Source: a virus
Strand: one strand, 5' to 3'
Virus record (IMG/VR): IMGVR_UViG_3300030019_000008
DNA length: 64,000 nucleotides
Shown: piece by piece, positions 38,370-50,200 of the stretch
How positions within the stretch are numbered: the first letter of the stretch is position 1
Layout of the letters: each line of letters opens with the position of its first letter
Program-made: the position numbers and the translations under genes
Notes under the pieces: model-generated
What the model saw: only the letters and a program-made list of their open reading frames with translations
Database searches by the model: none
Told to the model about the DNA's origin: nothing

Positions 38370-41300
38370 TTACTTGACGTTGTTATAGGCTGCGACTGCC
38401 TTCTTTGCGATTTCTTTCAAAAGGGTAGCAGTAGTTCCGATGATGTACGGGCTTGTCACGATGCGGTTATAGATACTCTTACCGCTGAACAAGGCGTCAA
38501 CCTTCACACCTGTTTCACTGACAATTTCGTTTTCGAACACATCAGAGATCACGGACTTGTTCTGGTTAGCGAAGACTACTTTGTCGCCAATACCAGCAGG
38601 CTGTTCGTGTGTCATGTAGATCCGAATACAAGCAGCATCTGCAGGCAACGGATCTCCTTCTACTCTGAAGCTATCGTCAACGCCCCCATCCAAGGCGGCC
38701 CCATCCACAGACTTGTTACGCTGTGTCAGCATCTTGTCCGAGGCATTCGTAATGGTTCGCAAGGAAGCAGACATATCCTCCTTCTCGCCATTGTAATACA
38801 CCTCGACTCTCTCCACGTGACCGGTGTGTTTAGCGCGAGGCACCTGAGCACTCAGATACTGCAGCGACGTCATTGCTTCATCGGAGAATCCACCATTTCT
38901 GGCACTGACCTCATCCTCAATGACACATAGGATAGAGTCAGACTCGAGCTCATCTCCTACTTTAACCAGCTTGTGAATGCTGTCCTTGAATCCAACAATG
39001 ATGTCTCGTGTGTACGCAACAGTCGTCTTCAACTTCTCAGCCACTCTTGATGAGACGGCAGAGGAGTCTTCAAGAGTACGCACATCTTCAAGTAGCGCTA
39101 CCTTGGAGTAGAAACCAATCTTGAAGACTGCTTGATCCTTGTTAAACGTATCGCGTTCAAAGAAACCCTTGTTGTAGGAGATGATTGCTCCCTCTTTGAA
39201 CTTCTGACCAACTCGCATGTCGGTCGTCAATTCATGAGGGACAGTCAAGCCCTGTGCTTTACCAAATCTACGACCGAGTTCGATACCGACTTTCTTACCG
39301 TCATCATATTCAATTATGATGCCAGTGTCAGATACCGAAACCACCTTACCGGCCTTTTTCGCAGTAGTGGCGAACATAGGACCAGTGCGGTGTGCCATCA
39401 CATACTCATAACCAGTTCTGACCATCGGAGCTCTTGCACCCACACATGCCATGGAGTGAGAGTTCTGGATTGAGATAAACCCTACGCGCTTGGGATCATC
39501 ATTCAAAGCCCCTGGGGCTAACAATGCGCTGGTAGACAATAGAGCCGTAGCTCCGGTCTTACCGATTTCGTATCCTCTTGACAGTCCTCGCTGAGATGAG
39601 AACTGAGGGTCAGCACTGGTGAATACGTTGATACCCACATCACCCGAGTCGACCGTAGCTTCAGAGATCACACCCATGTCATTCTTGTGGTAGGCACGAG
39701 TGTGCTTGGTCATGCTCCTTGAAGTACGACCACCTACTCCACCGAAGGTAACAGCTTCTATTTCCTTCAGGTTCTGAATAGGATTGATCTCAGAGAGCAA
39801 GATCTTGCTAGGGTCTTGAGTGATGTTCATCAAGACAGCCATCGGATTGAGTTCAATAGGCGGCTTGGTATTGTCCAGACGAGAACGCTGCATGCGAACA
39901 GCCTTCACAATCTCCGAATAGACAGCACCAGCGAACCGTTCATACCCTTTCTTACGCATGTATGCAGGATCGATCTCCTCAGGGTGATAATCCGTTTGCA
40001 GCAGCTCAACAGCCCGCATCAAGATCCCACGGAACGTGGTAGGTTCGTTGAGCTCCATGAGCAGCTCACGAGTGATTGGGTCGATGAACAGTTCATTGAT
40101 GAGCTGGATCTCCTTGAGATGGCGATTGCTCAACTTGTAAGCTTCCAGCACGTTAAGATACACGTGAGGTTGGTTGAATTCATAGACGCTGTAGAGCCTG
40201 ATAGCGTCTTTGTACTCCCTGAATCCACCCAGGATCAAACTCGCAATCTTGTCATCACGGTCGAATACCAGAGTCTCATCTTCGAAGGTAATGCCGTATT
40301 CAGAAGGCAGCAGTTTGACTTGCTTACCAGCTTCCACACGACGCACTTCAATCTTCAAAGACGCGATCAGCTTTTCAAGACCGAGCTGATAAGCCAGGAT
40401 GATGCCCACCGGAATATCGCGACCCAACACTTTCATGGTAGCGCAGTCGACAGGAGCCTTGGCAGACTCCACACCCAGCATTTCTTCAAACGACTTGAAA
40501 GGAGACAAGACTCCCTTCTCACCGAGGAGGATGTTGCTGAACTTATCGAGCACGATCACCTTGGGCTGAGCACCTGCTTTCTTGCCAACCTCTACCGCAG
40601 CAACAATGGAACCATCAGCCTCGTACATATCCCGCAAGCTCTTATCGATCATCTGTTCGCGTTTGACGTGGTCAAAGACGAACTGAAAGCCTGCGAGTTG
40701 GAAGCTGATGTACCCCATCGACAAAGTCGTGTAAAGCTTGGGTGCTTCGAAGAGATGGTCGAAAACGTTACCGGCATTGAATTCACTGATAGGCGAATCT
40801 TCCATCAATGCAGTCTCAGCCACACGGTTTCTCAACCAAGCCCCATAATCGTTGACTCGTTTCTCACTGCGACAAACAAACACTTTTCCATAGTAGCTTG
40901 TGAGAGCCACACGGTTAGGACCTACCTTGTGAATAGGCAGATCTCCGATTTGCTTACGCATACGGTACTTCGAACCATTGACTTCAAAGACCCCGTTCTC
41001 ATCCACACTCGGCAAGGTGAAGCAGACCGTCGAAGGCTTTCCATTGACTGGCACAAACTGAACGCTGTAATTATCGTGCTTACCCATGATCGTCTCAACG
41101 TGCTCGACTTCATAGTTGGTCACGGCAATGCCGGCATTCTGGAAGTTCAGGACAGATGCAGCGATGTCCCGACCCATCGTGTTTTCAATGTACTTGCTAT
41201 CGAACTCAAGCAGACTGCTCTTGAGCATGGTCTTATCAGCGACCTGAGGAATGTCCGGCACCTGTTTGGATTCAGGCATTGCCAACTCTTCAGTGCTGAC

Positions 41301-42662
41301 TTGAACATACTTGTCCAGAGTGGTCTTACCGTCAGGAGACTTGAGTGTCTTGTACGTCCTCGACAGAGCGATGTATCGTTTGTACTCGGCAGCAGAGACA
41401 CGTCCTATCTCAGCGAGGCTGTCGCAATAGCTTCTGACCCCTTGCTCCAGATCTTGTTTGAAAGCACGATCATAGAGGTCAATAGCTTCAGCTTCTTGCG
41501 ACTTGGCCAGTTCAATTCGCTGACTGATCTTCTCGAGTTGAGCCAGATCCTTGTCCACTTCAGCCATGGAGGGCAATTGCAACTCATCCACGACTGATTC
41601 AGGATTGTTGACACTACCAGGGCGAGCTTGAGCAGGTAGCGGGCCTTCCTTGGTCGTCTTACCACCAAAGGCTGAAGGCGTAGCACCAATGACCAGCAAC
41701 TTGGAATGGTCGTCGGAGATCTGCTCTTCGTCGTCTCCAGGAGTTTCAGGCACCCCTTCTTCATTGAGGATGTCGGCGCTATTACCACCCCCTGATCTGA
41801 AAGACATCGCCACAGCCATCATCCGCAGATAGTACTTTTGCAGCTGAATAGGCGACGTACCTTTCTCAGAGAGCTCTGCGTCTTTCTCGATCTCTTCCTT
41901 GGTGTGACACCGCCATCCGTTCATGACCCCCAAGTTGACGACAAACCACTTACCCGTATCCACATAAACCAGGTTGACACGGTTCAGTTTATCCTCAGGA
42001 ATCTTCGAGAGCATGGATGCTGAGCGATTCTCACCCAACCACTTCCAGAGTTCGAGCAAGAACCTCGAAGAATCATTCGGGAAGAGCTTAATGAGTTTGG
42101 TGGTCAGAGACAGACTCTCACCCATTTTCAGGATAGAGGCAGAAGGCAACACTGTCGGTATGTCGATAAAGACATACTGATCACGATCGGTAAGCTCAGC
42201 TGCTCTGGCTACATTCTCCCACACCAAGGATTCCAGGTTCTGCCACCGATAGTAATCGGTGTACTGGGTACGCTGGTATCGGTAGATGTTGTCGATCAGG
42301 GCATAGTTGAGCACAGCCAGTGAGAGCTGATCCTTAACAGCCTCCACTTCCTTGAGCAGTTTGAAACGACGATTCGTCATGTGGAACTTACGAATCATTG
42401 CATCCACAGATACACCCAGCCTTCTGGGCTTTCCTTCAAGCGAGTGCAGCTCGACGACGTGCTTCACCCAAATAGGCTTGGTGATGTTGGCAAAAAGAGA
42501 ATCATTGGGACTCGGACCAGTTTGATCCACAGTTCCTTGCCTGAAATGCAACAATGCATTGCGAGGCAATTCCAATTCGGTAATCGGGGCCATGACAGGC
42601 TTGTTCAGCATGCCTGGCACTCGAATACCATACTTCTTGAAGAAGTACGGGTAGTAAAGCAT
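38370..42662 (-). CDS. Virion RNA polymerase beta-like subunit (phiKZ gp178-like)
   Basis: RpoB-like motifs INPIQNL...TFGGVGG, YHKNDMGVISEATVDSGDVG, DDPKR, VRTGYE, LEDS, GIGDKVVFANQNKSVI. Confidence 0.92.
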   Translation of the reverse strand: MLYYPYFFKKYGIRVPGMLNKPVMAPITELELPRNALLHFRQGTVDQTGPSPNDSLFANITKPIWVKHVVELHSLEGKPRRLGVSVDAMIRKFHMTNRRFKLLKEVEAVKDQLSLAVLNYALIDNIYRYQRTQYTDYYRWQNLESLVWENVARAAELTDRDQYVFIDIPTVLPSASILKMGESLSLTTKLIKLFPNDSSRFLLELWKWLGENRSASMLSKIPEDKLNRVNLVYVDTGKWFVVNLGVMNGWRCHTKEEIEKDAELSEKGTSPIQLQKYYLRMMAVAMSFRSGGGNSADILNEEGVPETPGDDEEQISDDHSKLLVIGATPSAFGGKTTKEGPLPAQARPGSVNNPESVVDELQLPSMAEVDKDLAQLEKISQRIELAKSQEAEAIDLYDRAFKQDLEQGVRSYCDSLAEIGRVSAAEYKRYIALSRTYKTLKSPDGKTTLDKYVQVSTEELAMPESKQVPDIPQVADKTMLKSSLLEFDSKYIENTMGRDIAASVLNFQNAGIAVTNYEVEHVETIMGKHDNYSVQFVPVNGKPSTVCFTLPSVDENGVFEVNGSKYRMRKQIGDLPIHKVGPNRVALTSYYGKVFVCRSEKRVNDYGAWLRNRVAETALMEDSPISEFNAGNVFDHLFEAPKLYTTLSMGYISFQLAGFQFVFDHVKREQMIDKSLRDMYEADGSIVAAVEVGKKAGAQPKVIVLDKFSNILLGEKGVLSPFKSFEEMLGVESAKAPVDCATMKVLGRDIPVGIILAYQLGLEKLIASLKIEVRRVEAGKQVKLLPSEYGITFEDETLVFDRDDKIASLILGGFREYKDAIRLYSVYEFNQPHVYLNVLEAYKLSNRHLKEIQLINELFIDPITRELLMELNEPTTFRGILMRAVELLQTDYHPEEIDPAYMRKKGYERFAGAVYSEIVKAVRMQRSRLDNTKPPIELNPMAVLMNITQDPSKILLSEINPIQNLKEIEAVTFGGVGGRTSRSMTKHTRAYHKNDMGVISEATVDSGDVGINVFTSADPQFSSQRGLSRGYEIGKTGATALLSTSALLAPGALNDDPKRVGFISIQNSHSMACVGARAPMVRTGYEYVMAHRTGPMFATTAKKAGKVVSVSDTGIIIEYDDGKKVGIELGRRFGKAQGLTVPHELTTDMRVGQKFKEGAIISYNKGFFERDTFNKDQAVFKIGFYSKVALLEDVRTLEDSSAVSSRVAEKLKTTVAYTRDIIVGFKDSIHKLVKVGDELESDSILCVIEDEVSARNGGFSDEAMTSLQYLSAQVPRAKHTGHVERVEVYYNGEKEDMSASLRTITNASDKMLTQRNKSVDGAALDGGVDDSFRVEGDPLPADAACIRIYMTHEQPAGIGDKVVFANQNKSVISDVFENEIVSETGVKVDALFSGKSIYNRIVTSPYIIGTTATLLKEIAKKAVAAYNNVK

Positions 42663-42664
42663 TT

Positions 42665-44287
42665 TTAACCCCGAGTCATATTACGGAATACGAAGTTGGT
42701 GGTGTCATTGCTCACAGATGCGATAAAGTGACCGTCGGTTCCGATGTACGCTTTGCGCTTATGAAGAAACTCGTGAGCTTCTTCAATAGTGTCGTCAGCA
42801 TAGCCGCCAGAACCAGACAGGGTGTCTCCATCGAAGTCAGCACCCAGGCCAGTGAGCTTACTGGAGTGCGGAATCTGTGTATTCACAAAGGAAGACTTCG
42901 TAGGAAATGCCAGGGCTGTAAATTCTTCACCCATAGGCTCCCACGAATCACTGAGCTCTTGCCTGACCTCAGAGCGGTTTGTCGGCTTGAGATAGACCAA
43001 AGACGGATAGATACTACCAATACCCGTAATCGGATACCGAGTCACATAGAACGGGAACTTGTTCGTCTGCTGATAAATAGAGCAGTAGAAGAGTTCCGTA
43101 TACGTAATAGGCTCAACCAGTGTTTTGTCCAGCTCAGGAGGAACATCGTCGATGTCGTTGATGACCTTGAAAGTTCCATCCTTACCTTTATAGATCAGCG
43201 CCAGGTAATGGCTGTTGATCATCACGGGTCTGTGACGGATGTCTTCATTCTCGTAGATGTTGAAGAGCTGTTCCATGCCGGTGTTACTTGTCCAGGCATC
43301 GAAGACTTCGACACGTACCTTAACTGGCTCAGACTTGAGAGTCTTTGTGTTGACCAGATTGACAGGTTGGTCTTTTGTTACGAAGATCTTGGAGACGTAC
43401 TTATTTCGCACCATGTAAACCGTCTTCGGTAGGAAGGCCCTCAGGGCTTGGTACAGACCAATGACGGTATTGTTAAAGCGCACATTCTCAGGAGCACCCA
43501 GTTCTCGAGCAGTGGTATCCATACTGGAAGCCACGTTACGCGTTGTATTGAAGATACGTCTCGTAGCCCACTTACCCAGGATCAACTTGTGCTTACCGTT
43601 GACCATGTTTTCGAGCATCTCGTAGATCTGATTGAATGTCAATTGCAGAGTCAGACGTGATCTATCGATGATCTCAGGGTTGTTCCGAATAGCGGCTTCT
43701 GTGATGATGGATGAGACATTGATCAGCTTTCTGTAGAGCGGATTGATCTCATGCTCTTCAGTACGACCTCCACGAGTGATCTCCACATCTCGAATACCAG
43801 CTGGGATCACAATGATCTTATCGATCATCGCGTCATCAGCATACTTTTCAAGTAGCGAAATCATCTGGTTGCGGATATCGCTTTTGTTTCTTTGGAATTT
43901 GATCTCACGCCAGTGCTCAACAAAGAAGTTGAATCCAGTCATGCCATTGAGAGCTGTTGCTCTTTCGAAATCGGTAATGGCAGGATTCCAGATTGCAAAC
44001 TCTTTGCCGGTGATAATGTCCGCATAAAAGCCGCGCAGACGCTCAAAGCACTTGTAGATGATCGGGTGAAAGATCTTGACTTTGATGTCGATGTAGGAGA
44101 AGCGCCTGTTACGGACCTTGTCTCCCACACGACCAAAAATGGAAGTAGAAAACAATCCATCTTCATGGAAGTTAGTTCCACTACCACCTTGGTAGATATC
44201 GGAAACACGAATAGGTTTTAGTCCCCTCAAGTCGTCTGGTGTAGGATCAAGCAGCTCGACATTGAACGGAATATTCAGATTTGACAT
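42665..44287 (-). CDS. Virion RNA polymerase beta'-like catalytic subunit (phiKZ gp180-like)
   Basis: EDGLFSTSIFG, VIPAGIRD, TRYP and the catalytic GADFDGD motif. Confidence 0.93.
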   Translation of the reverse strand: MSNLNIPFNVELLDPTPDDLRGLKPIRVSDIYQGGSGTNFHEDGLFSTSIFGRVGDKVRNRRFSYIDIKVKIFHPIIYKCFERLRGFYADIITGKEFAIWNPAITDFERATALNGMTGFNFFVEHWREIKFQRNKSDIRNQMISLLEKYADDAMIDKIIVIPAGIRDVEITRGGRTEEHEINPLYRKLINVSSIITEAAIRNNPEIIDRSRLTLQLTFNQIYEMLENMVNGKHKLILGKWATRRIFNTTRNVASSMDTTARELGAPENVRFNNTVIGLYQALRAFLPKTVYMVRNKYVSKIFVTKDQPVNLVNTKTLKSEPVKVRVEVFDAWTSNTGMEQLFNIYENEDIRHRPVMINSHYLALIYKGKDGTFKVINDIDDVPPELDKTLVEPITYTELFYCSIYQQTNKFPFYVTRYPITGIGSIYPSLVYLKPTNRSEVRQELSDSWEPMGEEFTALAFPTKSSFVNTQIPHSSKLTGLGADFDGDTLSGSGGYADDTIEEAHEFLHKRKAYIGTDGHFIASVSNDTTNFVFRNMTRG

Positions 44288-44298
44288 AGGGGTGCTCC

Positions 44299-47200
44299 AT
44301 GTCCAAAAGTAAATCGAAGGGCGGAGATTTTGATTTTGATGATAAGGATCTTGACTTCGGCAATGATTTTGATTTTGATTTTGATAAGATCAGTGCCGAT
44401 AAAGCTCCTAAGGTAAAAGGTGGTCGTGCCGCTATCCAAGATGTAGGTCGCGGCATGATTGAAGGCATGAAGGATGAAGCGCTGTCAGCGAACTTCTTCA
44501 AACGGGTCGTCAAGAAGGCGCTACCCAAAGAATATGGCAAGGCGATGGATTTCGCAGAAGACTCTGTGGGAACCATAAAGGATACCTTTGCCGATGCTGC
44601 AAAGATTGCCAAACCCGCTATCAATCAGACCAAGCGCACCATCCAAAAGCTGGTGCCGAGTATGCGCGGCAAGATTCCTAAGGGAATGGCTGACAAACTC
44701 GAAGCCTGGTCCAAGCCTGAGTCTACTGGTGTAGGTGCTCAGGGTGATCAGCGAGAGTCTGGTCTACAAATGATGATGGCTAGCCTGTTCCAACAGCAGG
44801 CTGAAGATCAACAGGAGAAGGATGCTCAGACCGGGGCTAAATCCATGTTGCAGGACGCGTTGACAACGACGCGTCACAATGACAACATGAGCCAGCTCGA
44901 TGCTATCCGGATGAACACCCTTCGTCTGGCTACGTATCAGGATAGAGTTACTGCCCGATACCAGCGTCAGATGCTGGAGATCCAGTATCGTCACTACTTC
45001 GTGGCTCAGGACACTCTTGAAGAACTCAAGAAGGTTTCTGTCACAGCTACAACGAACCTGGAAGCCATCACACACAACACGGCACTGCCTGAAATCCAGA
45101 AGATGAAGAAGTCTGAGTCCTTCAAGGAACAGATTCGGAATCGTTTTGTGGGCGGTGCACTCGATAGTGTGTTGGGAAAGCGTGGTGAGTTTGCTTCGAA
45201 CTTCAAGAAGAACCTGGCAGGTACTGTTCAGTCCAAGATGAGGGACTTCACTGATTCCTTCACCACCGCACTTGAAGCTGCTGAATCCATGAACGACATG
45301 ATGGAGTCGTCCAAGGAAATGGGCATGGATATGTCCTATAACCAGATCGGCGGTAGTATTGTCGGTGGCAGTATGGTTCAGAAGCTCGGTAACTGGCTGG
45401 GAGATAAGGCATCCAAGGCAATCGGGAAGAATAAGAAACTCGATACTGCTGTTCGTAAGGGTGCCCAGAATCTCGGTTATGGAATGGAGAATAAAGAGCA
45501 ACTTCTTAAAGACTTTGCTAACTCTGATAAATGGGACAACATCCCGATCATCGGAGGCTTTGTTCGAGGCATCAAGGATCTGGTTCCTTCTCTCAGAAAC
45601 AGCATGTCGGTGACATCTGACAACATGCGAGGACTGAGAGAACCGGTAGCCTTCAACAATGGTGCCAACAAGTCCATCACCGAGATCATCCCTGGTTTTC
45701 TCTCTCGTATCCATCAAGAGCTGAAGATCATTCGTACAGGGGATGCTTCCACTGAAGCTCTGGTATATGACCACAGCGCTAATAAGTTCTCTGAACACAC
45801 GACATTCAAGGCTAAGGTATTCGGTGACCTAATCCGTAAGGATGACCGTGAGCGCACTGATCGTGATTCTGATGCACTGATCGACATGATCGACCCAAAG
45901 AAGAAGCTCAAGAGACATGAGCGTGCTGCTTTGAGTAAGCATCTGATCACGAACAACATCAATGGAGTCACAGCCGATCCTACCCAGTTGGCCAGGACTA
46001 GTCACTATACTGGTGATGCTGCAAAGCACGCCAAGAAGTTCTCACGTCTGTTCAAAGATGCTTTCAAGATCGATGATGAAGGCAAGATGGCGGGCACAGT
46101 TGAGTCCGCTACTCTTCGTAGACAGTTCGCGAGCAAGTACAACGAGCTGGGGTCTGCATTCAGTGGGATCAATGGCAGGATGCAGGACTATGTGAATGCT
46201 GGTAACTATCAGCAGCTGCAAGAACTAGGGATCATCGATGACCAAGGGTATGTGAACAACAAACTCATGGAAGAGTACATGGGTGGCAAGATGCCTAACC
46301 TGGGTCAAAAGCCCAATGGTCCTGTCAAGCCTACCACTACCCAACAGTCTTTGATGAACCAAATCCATACTGATCACACTACCCAGACCAATGCCAAGAA
46401 CATCAACAGGCGTCGTCGTGGTAAGCGCGGTATGTTTGGAGATCCGGACGGTGAGGATATCAGCACACCGAAGGGCTGGAATAAGGATGTCATTAACAAC
46501 CAAGAGCGCATGATTGAAGCGATCAAGGAAGCGAACACATCTGAGACAACTGACAAGATACTCGAAGCAGTAGTGTCTATCGGTTCTATCCTGCCGGAGC
46601 TCTCCTTCACGGGCGGTAATGGAGATCCGAAGCAAGCTGAGAAACTCGGCTTCTTCCAGCGCAGCATTGGCGGGTTGCTCTCCAGTGGTATTAAGGGAGC
46701 ATTCTCTGGTGCGCGTAAGCTCGTCACTGGATCTTTGAAACTCGGGATGAAACTCACCCGCGGTGTGTTTAAAGGTACAGGTTGGGGAGCAGGTAAGGTA
46801 TTGGGTGGTCTTGGTTGGGCAAAGAACTATCTCACCAGCAAGTATGAGGCTGCCGACATTTGGGTTAAGGGCGATCTCAAACCTCGTCTTCTTGCCTGGA
46901 AGTTGGAAGCCGGTGAGTACCTCGATGCCAAAACTGGTGAAGTGATCACGAAGCTCGAGGACATCAAAGGCGATATCAAAGATAAAGCCGGCAACATCGT
47001 GATGACTCTTGAGGACTTCAAGAAAGCTTATGTACCTAAAGCCAAGATGCGCATCACTCGAGCTATCCAAAGCATCGCCAGTCTTGCTAAGGGTGCTCTG
47101 GACATGGGTCTCAATGGAACCAGATCCTTGTACTCTGCCATGTGGAAGTACGGCAAGATGGGACATGCCTTCCTTCAGGATAAACTCAGTCGTGGTGAGG

Positions 47201-50200
47201 ATGTCTATGTGAAGGGGGAGAAGCTGCCTCGCTTGACTGCTATCGTCATGCGTGGTAAAGGCTACTTCTCAGTCAACACAGGTAAAGTCATTCGCCGAGG
47301 ACACGACATCGATGGAGCAGTTCGTAATGCTCAGAATGAAATTGTTCTGACAGAAGCCGACATTGCCCAAGGCATCCACGATGTTGACGGAAAACCTTTC
47401 AAGTCCCGTCTGATGAAAGCCAAGGATTTTGTTGTTGGCAAAGTCAAGAAAGCCTGGGATATCACGACTGGCCTAGTTGGTAGAGGCTGGGAGATGACCA
47501 AGGGTCTTTTCGGTGGTATCAAGAAAGGTATCTTTGGCGCTGACGGTCTTGAGATTGCAGGCGGTAAGAAGATCCGCACTACCCTAGAAGCTATTCTTGA
47601 TCTCTTGAGAGAGCGTCTGCCTAAGCCCAAGCGTATTCGTAAGGGATCTTGGGAAGAGCGTGAGAAAGAGGACGCAGCTCGTTCTGAAGAAAAGAAGTCC
47701 GCTCTTGAGAAGATCAAGGAGGGTGTCTCTGGTAATCCGCTGGCTAAGCTACTAAAGGCTGGTGGTGCTGGAATCCTGGGTGCTCTGGGTGGTCTCTTTG
47801 GTAAGAAGGGTGGTAAGGGTAAGGATGGCGAAGAAGAAGGCAAGGGCGGTAGCAGTTGGCTGGATAGGAGTCTGGATGCTCTGAATGCCTACTCTGATTA
47901 CAAAATGATCAAGGGTATGGGCGGAGCAGGCAAAGCTGCTGAAGCAGGTGCGGCTATTGCTGGAAAGACTCGTCTGGGTAGGTGGCTCGGTGCTGGTCGT
48001 GGTTTGATTGGCAAGGGTGCTGCTCTGGGTGGTCAAGTTCTTGAAGGCTTTTCACCATCTGCCATGAAGGGTCTTCGTGCAGTTGGTGGTAAGGGTGCAG
48101 GACTTCTTGCTGCGGGTAAGGGCAAGATCGGTACTGGGCTCGAAGCAGTCAAGGGCTGGGGTGGTAAAGCAGCTGAAGCAGTTAAGGGTAAGATGCCAGG
48201 CAAAGGTCTTTGGGAAGGTGCCAAAGACATGACCAAGAGTGGCTGGGGCAAGATGGCTGGTTGGTTCGGTAAAGGTGGCGCAGCCGCTGCTGGTGCTGGT
48301 GCCGCTGAAGCCGGAGAAGCTGCTGCTGTTGGGTCTAAGGCTTTGAGGTTTGGCAAAACGCTCAAGGCTGTCACCCCTGGCGCTATTGCCGGCCTGGGTC
48401 TCGACTATGCAGGGGATAAGGTCGGGCATGAGAACCGCACAGGGGCAGGATTGGATATTGCTGGTGATATTGCTACAGGTGCTAGTACAGGTGCTGTAGT
48501 TGCATCGTTTATTCCTGTACCTATTCTCAGTACCATGATCGGTGGTTTGGTGGGCGGGGCAGCAGGTGGTGCCTACGGTCTCTACAAGAATTGGGATACC
48601 ATGAAGTTCAAAGCATCGGACTTCTTCGGTGAGAAAGCTTCCTTGTCTAACTTCTTCTTTGGTCAGCGTCTGCCTGGTAAGATCGGTATGGTGCGCATGG
48701 CTCAGTACGGTGTTCTGCCTACTGAAGAAGACAAGGTCAAGAAGCTCCTGACTCTTGAAAAGATCGTTCGAGACAATGCAAAGATGGTTAATGGGAGGCT
48801 TTCCTATTCCACCAAGGATATCCCAGCCAAGGATATCTTGAAGGCATTTAGCATTGACCCGACAAAGCCTGCTGATGTGCAAAGGTTCCATGAGTGGTTT
48901 GCTGTCAGGTTCAAACCTGTCTTTGCTCAGCATATGGAATCCCTCTACGCAGTCAATCCCAAAGCCAATCTCGACACACTCGACGACGACCTCGATCCTG
49001 ACCAGAAGACCAAGTACCTCAATGCAGTGAAGTCTATTCCTGGCATATTCGGTTGGACTAAGTCTCCCTTTGCTGATGGAGAGAATCTGAGCTCCAATGC
49101 AGCAGAAGTGGATAACGCCATCGCTATTGCTACGAAGAGCATCGGGGATACTGGTAAGAATGGTAAGCCTGCTGTTGTGGCTGCTGTTGCCGCAGGAGCG
49201 GCTGTGAATGCTGCGCAGGGCGGCGGCAAGACCGACGGTCAGAACTTAGTCAACGGTGTTAACAATCTCACTGACGTACCTGGTAACAGTCTTAAAGATG
49301 TTGCTAAGAGCGCTGGTAAGGTTGGTATCAGTGGAGCAGGTGTTGGGTTTGAAAATGGTAAGGTCAGCCTGACATCGCTCGATTCTGTGCGTATGAAGAC
49401 CTACGGCCTCGTAAACCTGGATCTTGCTAAGGTCAGGGCAATCATGAAGCTCGAAGAGGCAGCAGAAGACGGACTGACTTTTACGAGCGACAAGACTGCT
49501 AACTGGTCTGGTGATGTTCCGGCTCTTGTGGCTAAGTGTGGTGGGGCTTTTGGTGTTCCTTCGCTTAACACAGAAGAGGGCACTAACTTCATGACGTGGT
49601 TGACTCACCGGTTTATCCCGGTATTCACCACTCTTGCAAGTGGTATCAAAGTGATCACTGGTAAGAACACACCAGTGAAAACGATGCGGGCTCTGACAGA
49701 TGAGCAAGCACTGAATGTTGCAACTGCTTTGCAAACTGCGAAGGATAGCAATGGAGTCAGTGTTTGGACAATCACGACTTCACCATGGCCGGATTACACG
49801 CTCAACACATCGTCTCAAAGTGTGCAGCGTACTCTGATCATGATGAGAAGTACTGTCAAGCCAACCACTGCAAGCGAGAAGACCACCATGGTCGATCGCC
49901 GTACTGACGAGAACATCCGTCAGGCACAGAAGAATGGTTCACTGGTGAAGGGTCCTTGGACTGTGGCTCAAGGTGCCGCTGATGCTGCAGCTATGGCAAA
50001 CAACACGCCAAGTCGTGGTTTCATGGGAGCTATCGAGCATACAGCTGGGCAACTCTGGCATGATGTCAAGAACGTCTTTGGTTTTGGAGATCGTTCTCAG
50101 GTGGGTGAAGGTGCTGCCACAGCTAACGTCGGGATGACGGGCACTGGTGGTAAGGTTGACGGCATCGCTAGTCCTAAGGGTGCTGCTGGGTATGCGGCAA

